From Clostridiales bacterium (GTDB lineage: Bacteria > Bacillota > Clostridia > Oscillospirales > CAG-272), in the NCBI GenBank assembly GCA_012727435.1, contig JAAYHB010000015.1, positions 107,197 to 171,196 on the forward strand: DNA of 64,000 nucleotides, given 5' to 3'. Shown here in pieces: positions 53,746 to 61,775 of the stretch. The translations under genes were made by a program, and so were the position numbers. The first letter of the stretch is position 1. The number at the start of each line of letters is the position of its first letter. The notes under the pieces were generated by a model that searched no databases, had not been told where the DNA came from, and saw only the letters and a list, made by a program, of their open reading frames with translations.

Positions 53746-55083
53746 ATGTTCCAGAACCTCAGCGAGAAGCTTAATAATGCATTTAAGAAATTCCGGAACA
53801 AGGGCAAGCTCACCGAAGCCGACATCAAGGCCGGAATGCGCGAGATAAAACTGGCGCTGCTTGAGGCTGACGTCAACTATAAGGTGGTTCGTGAATTCGT
53901 AAACTCGATCTCAGCCCGTGCCCTCGGCAGCGAGGTGCTCGAGTCGCTCCTGCCGGCGCAGCAGATTGTCAAGATTGTCAACGACGAGCTTACAAACATC
54001 ATGGGCCGGACCCAGTCGAAGCTGACAATTTCCTCAAAGCCCCCGACTATAGTCATGTTAGTCGGCCTTCAGGGCGCCGGCAAAACCACGCACGCCGGAA
54101 AGCTTGCCGGAATGTACAAAAAGCAGGGAAAACGCCCGCTGCTCGTCGCCTGCGACATCTACCGCCCCGCGGCGATAAAGCAGCTTGAGGTTGTCGGCGA
54201 GAAGCTAGGCATACCCGTCTTTTCGATGGGCGACAAGGTGTCCCCGGTAAAGATTGCCGAGGAGAGTATTGCCTTCGCCAGACGAGAAGGCCACGACATG
54301 GTCTTTATCGACACCGCCGGGCGGCTGCATATCGACGAAGAGCTCATGAATGAACTCAAGGCGATAAAGGCCAAGGTAGAGCCGACCGAGATACTCCTCA
54401 CGGTCGACGCCATGATAGGTCAGGACGCGGTCAATGTGGCTGAGAGCTTCAACAACCTGCTCGATATCACCGGCGTTATCCTCACCAAGCTTGACGGCGA
54501 CACGCGCGGGGGCGCCGCGCTCTCGATAAGATATGTGACCGGCAAGCCGATAAAGTTTATCGGTGTCGGCGAGAAGCTCGACGCCATAGAGTCCTTCCAC
54601 TCCGACAGGATGGCCTCGAGAATCCTCGGCATGGGAGACGTACTCTCGCTTATCGAGAAAGCCGAGGCGGCATATGACAGCAAAAAGGCGGCAGAACTCG
54701 AAAAGAAAATCCGCCAGCAGGCCTTCACGCTCGAGGATTATCTCGAACAGTTCTCCCAGTTAAAGAACATGGGCAACCTCGAGCAGCTTGCCGGCATGAT
54801 GCCCGGAGTCGGGCCGGGAACTGTGAAGGACCTTAAAATCGACGAAAAAATGCTCGCCCGCCAGGAAGCGATTATCAAGTCGATGACAAAGGAGGAACGC
54901 GAGAAACCCGAGATAATCGGCGCCTCGCGCAAGCGGCGGATTGCCAGGGGCAGCGGAACCAGCGTCGAGGAAGTCAACCGGCTGCTGCGGCAGTTCGAGC
55001 AGATTAAAAAGCTGCTCAGACAATTCTCGAATCCCTCAAAGACAGGCAGGTTCGGAAAAGGAAAGCTGAAATTCCCGCTTTGA
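53746..55083 (+). CDS. ffh: Signal recognition particle protein Ffh
   Basis: Motifs seen are GLQGAGKTT, DTAGR and TKLDGD, and the M domain is Met-rich. Confidence 0.97.
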   Translation: MFQNLSEKLNNAFKKFRNKGKLTEADIKAGMREIKLALLEADVNYKVVREFVNSISARALGSEVLESLLPAQQIVKIVNDELTNIMGRTQSKLTISSKPPTIVMLVGLQGAGKTTHAGKLAGMYKKQGKRPLLVACDIYRPAAIKQLEVVGEKLGIPVFSMGDKVSPVKIAEESIAFARREGHDMVFIDTAGRLHIDEELMNELKAIKAKVEPTEILLTVDAMIGQDAVNVAESFNNLLDITGVILTKLDGDTRGGAALSIRYVTGKPIKFIGVGEKLDAIESFHSDRMASRILGMGDVLSLIEKAEAAYDSKKAAELEKKIRQQAFTLEDYLEQFSQLKNMGNLEQLAGMMPGVGPGTVKDLKIDEKMLARQEAIIKSMTKEEREKPEIIGASRKRRIARGSGTSVEEVNRLLRQFEQIKKLLRQFSNPSKTGRFGKGKLKFPL

Positions 55084-55134
55084 CGGATTCTGAATTATAA
55101 AAAATCCACCCAACTTTTTCGGAGGAAAAGAAAA

Positions 55135-55380
55135 ATGGCAGTAAAAATCAGACTCAGAAGAATCGGCGCGAAGAAAAATCCCACCTACCGCGTGGTTGTG
55201 GCCGACAACCGTTCACCCCGTGACGGCAGGTTTATCGAGGATATCGGCTATTACAACCCGCTGGTCGACCCCGCCGATATTAAAATCGACACCGAAAAGG
55301 CAAAAAAATGGCTGAAAAACGGTGCGCAGCCCACTGATACCGTCAGGTCCCTGTTTAAGAAAACAGGTATCGTCGAGTGA
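55135..55380 (+). CDS. rpsP: 30S ribosomal protein S16
   Basis: The N-terminus is [35 protein letters not shown]. Confidence 0.96.
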   Translation: MAVKIRLRRIGAKKNPTYRVVVADNRSPRDGRFIEDIGYYNPLVDPADIKIDTEKAKKWLKNGAQPTDTVRSLFKKTGIVE

Positions 55381-55400
55381 TGCGGGCCGGGAGAATTGCT

Positions 55401-55640
55401 ATGGCGGATCTGAAGGCAACTCTATATGATTTGGCCAGAGCTATAGTTGATAATCCCGACGACGTGACCGTCGTCGTCGAATCCGAGACCGTGGACAGCA
55501 TAAATTTTGTGCTCAGCGTGTCTCCCGACGACATGGGCATGGTAATCGGCAGAAATGGCAGAATTGCCCGAGCGATACGCACCGTGATGAAGGCGGCCGG
55601 CAACACCTGCGGCAAGCGGGTGAATGTCGAGATTCGATAG
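55401..55640 (+). CDS. KH-domain RNA-binding protein (YlqC-like)
   Basis: The ORF was trimmed to ATG 55401, with GGGAGA upstream. It contains the GxxG KH motif VIGRNGRIARAIR. Confidence 0.85.
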   Translation: MADLKATLYDLARAIVDNPDDVTVVVESETVDSINFVLSVSPDDMGMVIGRNGRIARAIRTVMKAAGNTCGKRVNVEIR

Positions 55641-55645
55641 TTTTG

Positions 55646-55679
55646 AAAAGAGCAGTTTTCATGCTGCTCTTTTTATTTT
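55646..55679 (+). terminator. Intrinsic terminator after the KH-domain gene
   Basis: AGAGCAG-ttttcatg-CTGCTCT is followed by TTTTATTTT. Confidence 0.7.
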
Positions 55680-55688
55680 GCATAAAAG

Positions 55689-55724
55689 TTCTTGAAGAGG
55701 GTTTGGGGAAACTTCTTTCAAGAA
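55689..55724. repeat. REP-like repeat, copy 4 (hairpin module only)
   Basis: TTCTTGAAGAGG-gtttggggaaac-TTCTTTCAAGAA. Compare copy 1 (reverse complement): CTTAAGGGAC-tttttgggaaca-GTTCCTTAAG. Confidence 0.45.
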
Positions 55725-55741
55725 GATTCCCAAGAAAAAAC

Positions 55742-56242
55742 ATGGAAAAAGTTGAGCTTTTCTGGTTGCTGAACGAATATGAACGACGATTGCACGGTAT
55801 ATGCGAGGATGCTGCCGGGTATTTACTTTCCTTAAGAAAGCTTACCGTGAGCTATATTGACAGGACTGCAGGGCTGGACGCAGGCAGCGCCGAGGTGCTC
55901 TGCCGGCGGTATATCGCCGCACTTTTTGAAGCAAGCCGCACACCGTTGCCCGGCAGGCTTGCCGGCCTTGTCACCTCGGTCTCGGACCTCTGCCAAAAGG
56001 CTGCTGCGCTGCCCGGCGGGGATTACCTTGATTTTTCGGACAAAGCCGGCCTGCTCGCCTCGTGCTGCCTTGAGGTGTCTGAGAAGATCGTCACCTTCCA
56101 TGACTCGACCATCCCGGCATATCTGGCGCGGCTCACGGATGCTGTCGAGAACCTTCAGACCCGGTTATTTACATATGATCTGCCCCGCGCTTTTGTTGCG
56201 GGGATCGACGCGCTGAGATTTCAGTCCGGCCCGAAAGCATAA
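55742..56242 (+). CDS. Hypothetical protein (166 aa)
   Basis: The track ORF 55643..56242 was trimmed to ATG 55742, because the first 33 codons cover a terminator and a repeat. The third-position bias is coding-like, but no Shine-Dalgarno site is present. I do not recognise a family. Confidence 0.45.
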   Translation: MEKVELFWLLNEYERRLHGICEDAAGYLLSLRKLTVSYIDRTAGLDAGSAEVLCRRYIAALFEASRTPLPGRLAGLVTSVSDLCQKAAALPGGDYLDFSDKAGLLASCCLEVSEKIVTFHDSTIPAYLARLTDAVENLQTRLFTYDLPRAFVAGIDALRFQSGPKA

Positions 56243-56283
56243 AGCGCGCGGGGCGTCGCTCCTCCGAAATTCAGCGCTATTAC

Positions 56284-56312
56284 TTGATTTAGTTTTTCCT
56301 GTATGATAAAAT
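56284..56312 (+). promoter_or_regulatory. Promoter for glpK
   Basis: TTGATT, a 17-nt spacer ending in TGA, then TAAAAT. Confidence 0.5.
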
Positions 56313-56380
56313 AAAAGTAGCAAAAGGCGGCCCAGCAGATCTGACAGCCTTGTGCGGCAAAAAGAGCAAGAGGTGAAAAC

Positions 56381-57874
56381 ATGGGAAAATATCTTATGGC
56401 CCTCGACCAGGGTACGACAAGTTCAAGATGCATTTTATTTGACCTCTGCGGGCAGATTGCCGCGGTTGCGCAGCAGGAATTCACCCAGATTTTCCCCCGC
56501 GAGGGCTGGGTCGAGCATGACGCCGGCGAGATTCTCGACACGCAGATTCAGGTCAGCAAAAAGGCAATGGAAAAGGTCGGCGCTGTCGCGTCTGACATTA
56601 TCGCAATAGGAATTACCAACCAGCGCGAGACCACGGTCGTCTGGGACAGGGACACCGGCAGGCCGATATATAACGCCATAGTATGGCAGTGCCGCCGCAC
56701 CGCCGATTACTGCCGGGACCTGAAAAAAGCGGGCTATACCGACATGATACAAAAAAAGACCGGTCTTCTCATCGACTCCTACTTCTCGGCGACAAAAATC
56801 AAATGGATTCTCGACAATGTCCCGGGCGCACGCGAGCGCGCGAAGGCAGGCAAACTGCTGTTCGGCACAATAGACTGCTGGCTTATATACAATCTCACTG
56901 GCGGCAGGGTTCATGCCACCGATTACTCAAATGCCGCGCGGACCATGCTCTTCAACATCAACACGCTTGACTGGGACCATGAGCTGCTTGAGCTCTTTGA
57001 CATCCCCGCCTCGATGATGCCGGCGGCCCTCCCCTCGGCAGGCTTGTTCGGATATACCTCCCCCGAGCTATTCGGCGGCAGCATCGCGATAAGCGGGGTT
57101 GCCGGCGACCAGCAGGCCGCGCTCTTCGGCCAGTGCTGCTTTGAGCCCGGGAGCGTCAAAAACACATACGGCACCGGCGGTTTTTTGCTGATGAACACCG
57201 GCACCGGGCCGGTAATATCAAAGGACGGCCTGCTCGCCTCGGTGGCATGGGGTATCGGAAATGAAGTCAATTACGTGCTCGAAGGCTCGGTATTTATCTG
57301 CGGGGCGGCGGTCCAGTGGCTGCGCGACGGTCTCGGGGTCATCGAAAAATCCTCGCAGAGCGAGGTGGCCGCAAAAGCGGTTCCCGACACCGGCGGCGTC
57401 TATGTCGTGCCGGCCTTTGTCGGGCTCGGCGCGCCATACTGGGACCCCTACGCCCGCGGTGCAATCCTCGGCATTACCCGCGCGACCACCAAAAACCACA
57501 TAATCCGCGCGGTGCTCGAATCAATGGCCTATCAGACCGCCGACGTGCTGGGGGTCATGGAAAAGGAGGCAGGTTTCCCGATAACCTCGCTGAAGGTTGA
57601 CGGGGGTGCGTCGGCCAACAACCTCCTGCTCCAGTTCCAGTCGGATATCTTAAACCTTCCGATAATCCGCCCGAGATGTATTGAGACCACGGCCCTCGGG
57701 GCGGCAAACCTTGCCGGTCTTGCCGCCGGCGCGTATTCCTCGCTTGAGGAAATACAGGAGCGCTGGCAGGTCGACCGGGGGTTCTCGCCCTCAATGAGTA
57801 CCGGGGTCCGCGAGGAAAAGCTGCGCGGCTGGCGACGTGCGGTGGAGCGCGCCCGAGGCTGGGTCGAGAGCTGA
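56381..57874 (+). CDS. glpK: Glycerol kinase
   Basis: Motifs seen are MGKYLMALDQGTTSSRCILFD, GITNQRETTVVWD and NTYGTGGFLLMNTG. Confidence 0.96.
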   Translation: MGKYLMALDQGTTSSRCILFDLCGQIAAVAQQEFTQIFPREGWVEHDAGEILDTQIQVSKKAMEKVGAVASDIIAIGITNQRETTVVWDRDTGRPIYNAIVWQCRRTADYCRDLKKAGYTDMIQKKTGLLIDSYFSATKIKWILDNVPGARERAKAGKLLFGTIDCWLIYNLTGGRVHATDYSNAARTMLFNINTLDWDHELLELFDIPASMMPAALPSAGLFGYTSPELFGGSIAISGVAGDQQAALFGQCCFEPGSVKNTYGTGGFLLMNTGTGPVISKDGLLASVAWGIGNEVNYVLEGSVFICGAAVQWLRDGLGVIEKSSQSEVAAKAVPDTGGVYVVPAFVGLGAPYWDPYARGAILGITRATTKNHIIRAVLESMAYQTADVLGVMEKEAGFPITSLKVDGGASANNLLLQFQSDILNLPIIRPRCIETTALGAANLAGLAAGAYSSLEEIQERWQVDRGFSPSMSTGVREEKLRGWRRAVERARGWVES

Positions 57875-57908
57875 TGTCGGACTGAATGCATAAATCATTG
57901 CTGTCAAT

Positions 57909-57954
57909 AAAAAAGCGGCGGCGCCTGATATGAAGGCGCCGCCGCTTTCTTTTG
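57909..57954. terminator. Bidirectional terminator between glpK and rpmA
   Basis: AGCGGCGGCGCC-tgatatgaa-GGCGCCGCCGCT forms a 12-bp stem, with an A-run before it and a T-rich tract after it. Confidence 0.8.
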
Positions 57955-57955
57955 T

Positions 57956-58237
57956 TCAGTTCAGGCTGTAAACGCTGACCTGTTTTTTGTCCTTTGTCAT
58001 GTGCTCGAACTTCACCTTGCCGTCAATAAGCGCAAACAGGGTGTGGTCCTTGCCCATACCGACATTCTTGCCGGGGTGGATTGCGGTACCTCTCTGGCGC
58101 ACGATTATATTACCGGCAAGCACATACTGCCCGTCAGCCTTCTTTACGCCCAGCCGTTTGGACTCGCTGTCGCGCCCGTTCTTGGTCGAGCCGACGCCCT
58201 TCTTGTGGGCAAAAAACTGCAAGCTTATTCTAAACAT
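57956..58237 (-). CDS. rpmA: 50S ribosomal protein L27 with a cleavable N-terminal extension
   Basis: The ORF was trimmed to ATG 58237, with GGAGG upstream. The sequence starts [30 protein letters not shown].. The extension ending in QFF before A(H/S)KKG is the Firmicute Prp cleavage context. Confidence 0.95.
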   Translation of the reverse strand: MFRISLQFFAHKKGVGSTKNGRDSESKRLGVKKADGQYVLAGNIIVRQRGTAIHPGKNVGMGKDHTLFALIDGKVKFEHMTKDKKQVSVYSLN

Positions 58238-58284
58238 GGCTTTATCCTCCGTAATTTTTCTTCCCCAGATGACGCGTCCCGGTG

Positions 58285-58644
58285 TCACTCGTAGTTGCGG
58301 TCGACAATCTCAACCTCAAGGAAGTCGTAATAATCCTCAAGCATATCGCAAATCTGGCAATAATAAGCCATAAATATGCCCGAGACGGCATAGCGAATCA
58401 TGGCATCATCGCAGAACTCGGGTAGCGCCGCCTTGGACTTTACCACAATGCGGGTCGCCCCCTCGTCGACTGTGTAATCGACTCTTGATGAGTATGCCAC
58501 TTCAATCGCGTTGACGATGAGCATCGTCATGGCCGAGAGCGCTGCGCAGAGCGTATCCTCGCCGCTCTCGCCATAGCCGGTATGCCCGGTCTCCTCGAAC
58601 CCGTAAAAGACTCCGCCGCTCCTGAAAAAAGTGATTTTTGTCAT
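58285..58644 (-). CDS. prp: Ribosomal-processing cysteine protease Prp (DUF464)
   Basis: It lies between rplU and rpmA. It contains [20 protein letters not shown], the His/Cys dyad context. Confidence 0.88.
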   Translation of the reverse strand: MTKITFFRSGGVFYGFEETGHTGYGESGEDTLCAALSAMTMLIVNAIEVAYSSRVDYTVDEGATRIVVKSKAALPEFCDDAMIRYAVSGIFMAYYCQICDMLEDYYDFLEVEIVDRNYE

Positions 58645-58645
58645 C

Positions 58646-58966
58646 TTACGCTCTTGTTATGGACTGAATCTGCAGTTTGGTGTAGGGCTGCCGGTGTCCC
58701 TGCTTTTTCTTGTAGTTCTTCTTTGCCTTGTAGCGGAACACGTAGATTTTCTTGCCCTTGCCGTTCTTCAGCACACTGGCGGTGACCGCCACCCCGCTGA
58801 CATTGGGGGTGCCGACCTCAAAGGTCTCTCCGTCCGAGAGGGCCAAAACCGTATCGAATGTAACCGTCTCGCCCTCGGCGGCGTCGAGCTTCTCGACGAA
58901 GATAACGTCGCCCTCTTTAACCTTGTACTGCTTTCCGCCGGTCTCTATTACCGCAAACGCCAGCAC
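58646..58966 (-). CDS. rplU: 50S ribosomal protein L21
   Basis: The sequence reads (M)[21 protein letters not shown]... I chose the GTG at 58966 because AGAGAGGTG overlaps the track start at 58975. Confidence 0.92.
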   Translation of the reverse strand: MLAFAVIETGGKQYKVKEGDVIFVEKLDAAEGETVTFDTVLALSDGETFEVGTPNVSGVAVTASVLKNGKGKKIYVFRYKAKKNYKKKQGHRQPYTKLQIQSITRA

Positions 58967-59044
58967 GAAAAGCACCTCTCTTTCAAAACAGTCTCGCTAA
59001 GGCAGGCGGCATACGCACTTTCAGCCTGCATTAAGCGGCAGTAC
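58967..59044 (-). promoter_or_regulatory. 5' leader of rplU-prp-rpmA (possible L21-leader-type structure)
   Basis: The leader is about 75 nt. It contains GCAGGC-tgaaagtgcgtatgcc-GCCTGC between the promoter and the Shine-Dalgarno site. Confidence 0.25.
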
Positions 59045-59074
59045 ATTATACCACAACATATAATTATATGTCAA
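59045..59074 (-). promoter_or_regulatory. Promoter for rplU-prp-rpmA
   Basis: The minus strand reads TTGACA (59069-59074), an 18-nt spacer ending in TGG, then TATAAT (59045-59050). Confidence 0.55.
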
Positions 59075-59104
59075 TAGTTTTATATCATTTCGGCGCAAAC
59101 AGTG

Positions 59105-59410
59105 TCAGTCTGCCTGTCTCAGCGCCACATCAAGCCACACAACTCCCATCGAAAAGGCGTCGTACAGCCCTTCCTTCGTGCCCTGCTTGATTATTCTCGT
59201 CGGGTCCTTGGAATCGATTATCTGTATCAGTATGGTATCGGGAACCTCATGCCCGTCGACCTTCTTGTAGGATATTATCTCAAGAACGAGGATGCATTTC
59301 TCGCTCATGTCGCCGTAACATATGGTGTTCCCTTCCCGCACCAGCGGCCTGTTTTTGTACATGAGGTACTTGCCCTCAACAAGCCTGCGTTCTTCCTTCT
59401 TGTCGGCCAT
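59105..59410 (-). CDS. Hypothetical protein (101 aa)
   Basis: GGAGG lies 8 nt before ATG 59410, and the gene has its own promoter. The sequence starts MADKKEERRLVEGKYLMYKNRPLVREGNTICYGDMSEK... I do not recognise a family. Confidence 0.6.
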   Translation of the reverse strand: MADKKEERRLVEGKYLMYKNRPLVREGNTICYGDMSEKCILVLEIISYKKVDGHEVPDTILIQIIDSKDPTRIIKQGTKEGLYDAFSMGVVWLDVALRQAD

Positions 59411-59436
59411 CCCGCCATTCCTCCGTTTCTTTCATT

Positions 59437-59465
59437 ATAATATCACATAAGCACGCTAAAGTCAA
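59437..59465 (-). promoter_or_regulatory. Promoter for the 59105..59410 gene
   Basis: The minus strand reads TTGACT, a 17-nt spacer ending in TGA, then TATTAT. Confidence 0.45.
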
Positions 59466-59544
59466 TCACAATTCCAAATGGCGGTAGGTTTATCGAAAAG
59501 AATCTATGCTTATGTGAGCACCGAACTTGGCGCACAGCCTCCAT

Positions 59545-59576
59545 GAACAAAGCCCCGTAACGAGGTTACAGGGGCT
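59545..59576 (-). terminator. Terminator of rplM-rpsI
   Basis: The minus strand reads AGCCCCTGTAAC-ctc-GTTACGGGGCT (one bulge) followed by TTGTTC. Confidence 0.55.
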
Positions 59577-59592
59577 TGACAGAGTTTTCCGC

Positions 59593-60015
59593 TTATCTCT
59601 TTGAGAACTGCGGCGCGCGGCGTGCGGCCTTGAGTCCGTATTTCTTTCTTTCCTTCATACGAGGGTCGCGTGTGAGGAAGCCTGCCGACTTCAGAAGCGG
59701 TTTGTAGCTCTCATCTACAAGAGCCAGCGCGCGTGCGATGCCGTGACGAATCGCGCCGGCCTGACCCGAAATTCCGCCGCCGTTGACACGGGCAACAACA
59801 TCAAATTTGCCGGCCGTTCCGGTAACGCCGAAAGGCTGGTTTACTATCAGCTTTAAGGTTTCAAGCCCGAAATAATCGTCTATGTCGCGACCGTTTATGG
59901 TGATGTTCCCGCCGCCCGGATATATGCGGACGCGGGCAACCGACTTCTTTCTTCTTCCGGTCCCGTAGAAGTAAGGCTTTGCGCTTGTATAATCGACTGC
60001 CATTGTATCTGCCAT
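59593..60015 (-). CDS. rpsI: 30S ribosomal protein S9
   Basis: Motifs seen are [14 protein letters not shown] and the C-terminal [16 protein letters not shown]. Confidence 0.96.
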   Translation of the reverse strand: MADTMAVDYTSAKPYFYGTGRRKKSVARVRIYPGGGNITINGRDIDDYFGLETLKLIVNQPFGVTGTAGKFDVVARVNGGGISGQAGAIRHGIARALALVDESYKPLLKSAGFLTRDPRMKERKKYGLKAARRAPQFSKR

Positions 60016-60024
60016 CCTTTCCTG

Positions 60025-60453
60025 TTAAACCTCGTAGGGTACAGGCTTCTGCGCGGCCTGCTTGTGGGTGTCTCCGGCATAAACCTTGAGCCTCTGTATT
60101 GCCTTTCTGCCGATGCTGTTCTTAGGCAGCATTCCCCAAACCGCCTTTTCCATTGCCAGCTCGGGGCGGGTTTTCATGAGCTGCTTGTACTGAATTTCCT
60201 TGAGCCCGCCGATGTATCCCGAATGACGCCGGTAGTATTTCTGCTCGAGCTTTCTGCCGGTAAGCACGGCGTCCTTTGCGTTGATGATAATCACAAAATC
60301 ACCGCAGTCTACATGGGGTGTGAAGGTGGCACGATGCTTGCCGCGGAGTATGCTGGCTGCCGCGGCGGCGGTTCTGCCCAGAGGCTTTCCGGCAGCGTCG
60401 ATGACATACCACTTTCGCTCAATGGTCCCGGGTTTAGCCATGTATGTGGACAT
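60025..60453 (-). CDS. rplM: 50S ribosomal protein L13
   Basis: The N-terminus is [27 protein letters not shown], and AAGGAGA lies 8 nt upstream. Confidence 0.96.
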   Translation of the reverse strand: MSTYMAKPGTIERKWYVIDAAGKPLGRTAAAAASILRGKHRATFTPHVDCGDFVIIINAKDAVLTGRKLEQKYYRRHSGYIGGLKEIQYKQLMKTRPELAMEKAVWGMLPKNSIGRKAIQRLKVYAGDTHKQAAQKPVPYEV

Positions 60454-60503
60454 TTCGCTTGTCTCCTTGATTTTTTCACTTGGTGTTGCTCATAAGCCTG
60501 CCA

Positions 60504-60532
60504 ATTATACCATGCAAAAAAAGGCCTGTCAA
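60504..60532 (-). promoter_or_regulatory. Consensus promoter for rplM-rpsI
   Basis: The minus strand reads TTGACA (60527-60532), a 17-nt spacer ending in TGG, then TATAAT (60504-60509). Confidence 0.6.
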
Positions 60533-60727
60533 GGGTTTTTTATAAAAAATCCGGATATTTTTAATTTAGAGGGTATTTTACTCGCATCAGCTCGACTAAT
60601 CTCGGTTGATTACACTGTTTTCTCGTGCGCCATACACGTTTATTCAAGGTCCGTACCGGACATACAGGCATAAATTCCGGCCGGGAAAAATATCATTTAG
60701 TAACAGAAAAACAAAGGAGCCGGAACA

Positions 60728-61684
60728 ATGCAGAAAACATATAAACCCGAAGGATATTTAATTGAAACAAAGAAAAACGCCGAGCTGATCTCCTCGCTCC
60801 CGGGGCTTGAATACGCAATGCAGCATGACATAATCCTTGAGGGTATGGCCATGCTTTGTGACAGCAGGTATGACCTGCATGTCAGTCTCGGCGAAATCGA
60901 AGGCATAATCCGGCGCGACGAGGTCGCCGCAAACCGGGACGGCTCGGGAATTAAGGATATCGCAATTATAACACGGGTGGGAAAGCCGGTCTGCTTTAAA
61001 ATAAAGGGATTTGAGAATCACGGCGGGAAAATCCGCGCGAATCTTTCAAGACGTGCCGCGCAGGACGAATGTTATGAGAATTATCTTCTCAACCTGGTAC
61101 CCGGCGATATTATCCCGGCAAGGGTCACGCACCTTGAGAACTTCGGAGCCTTTGTGGATATCGGCTGCGGCATACCGTCGCTTTTGTCGGTCGACTGCAT
61201 TTCGGTATCGCGGATATCCCACCCCTCCGACCGCCTCTTGTGCGGCATGAACATCATGACGGCAGTCAAAAGCATCGACTACGACATCGGCAGAATATAC
61301 GTCACCCACCGCGAACTGCTCGGCACATGGGAGGAAAACGCCGCGCGGTTTGCGCCGGGACAAACCGTGGCGGGGATTATCCGCAGCATCGAGCAGTACG
61401 GCATATTCGTCGAGCTCACGCCAAACCTTGCCGGCCTTGCCGAACTCCGCGAGGCCAGCACGCTCCACTGCCCGGTCGCACCCGGCCAATGGGCGGCGGT
61501 TTACATAAAAAGCATTATCCCCGAGCGGATGAAAGTCAAACTCGTATTGATAGATACCCACAAAGGACGGGTCCCGCCCTCGCAGCCCGAATACTTCATT
61601 GATACCAACCGCATAAAGCATATCGACCGCTGGCTCTATTCGCCGGCCTGCTCGCAGCGCGTTATCGAAACGGTGTTCGGTTAG
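60728..61684 (+). CDS. S1 RNA-binding-domain protein (multiple S1 repeats)
   Basis: The S1 motifs are GDIIPARVTHLENFGAFVDIG and GQTVAGIIRSIEQYGIFVEL. AAAGGAG lies upstream of ATG 60728. Confidence 0.75.
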   Translation: MQKTYKPEGYLIETKKNAELISSLPGLEYAMQHDIILEGMAMLCDSRYDLHVSLGEIEGIIRRDEVAANRDGSGIKDIAIITRVGKPVCFKIKGFENHGGKIRANLSRRAAQDECYENYLLNLVPGDIIPARVTHLENFGAFVDIGCGIPSLLSVDCISVSRISHPSDRLLCGMNIMTAVKSIDYDIGRIYVTHRELLGTWEENAARFAPGQTVAGIIRSIEQYGIFVELTPNLAGLAELREASTLHCPVAPGQWAAVYIKSIIPERMKVKLVLIDTHKGRVPPSQPEYFIDTNRIKHIDRWLYSPACSQRVIETVFG

Positions 61685-61775
61685 TGACGGACTACACTTG
61701 TGTGAGGCTCCGCCCCACGCCCCAAGCGCGGGAGTCCGTATCCCGCTCTTTGCTGCCGTCAGACTACGGCTGGCT

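Noticed and set aside
55643-55741. First 33 codons of the track ORF 55643..56242
   Set aside because: These codons cover the terminator of the KH-domain gene and a REP-like hairpin. The peptide VLEEGLGKLLSRRFPRKN is the typical spurious translation of this repeat.
60454-60503. Possible L13 leader RNA upstream of rplM
   Set aside because: The consensus promoter at 60504-60532 leaves a leader of about 45 nt with no evident structure.
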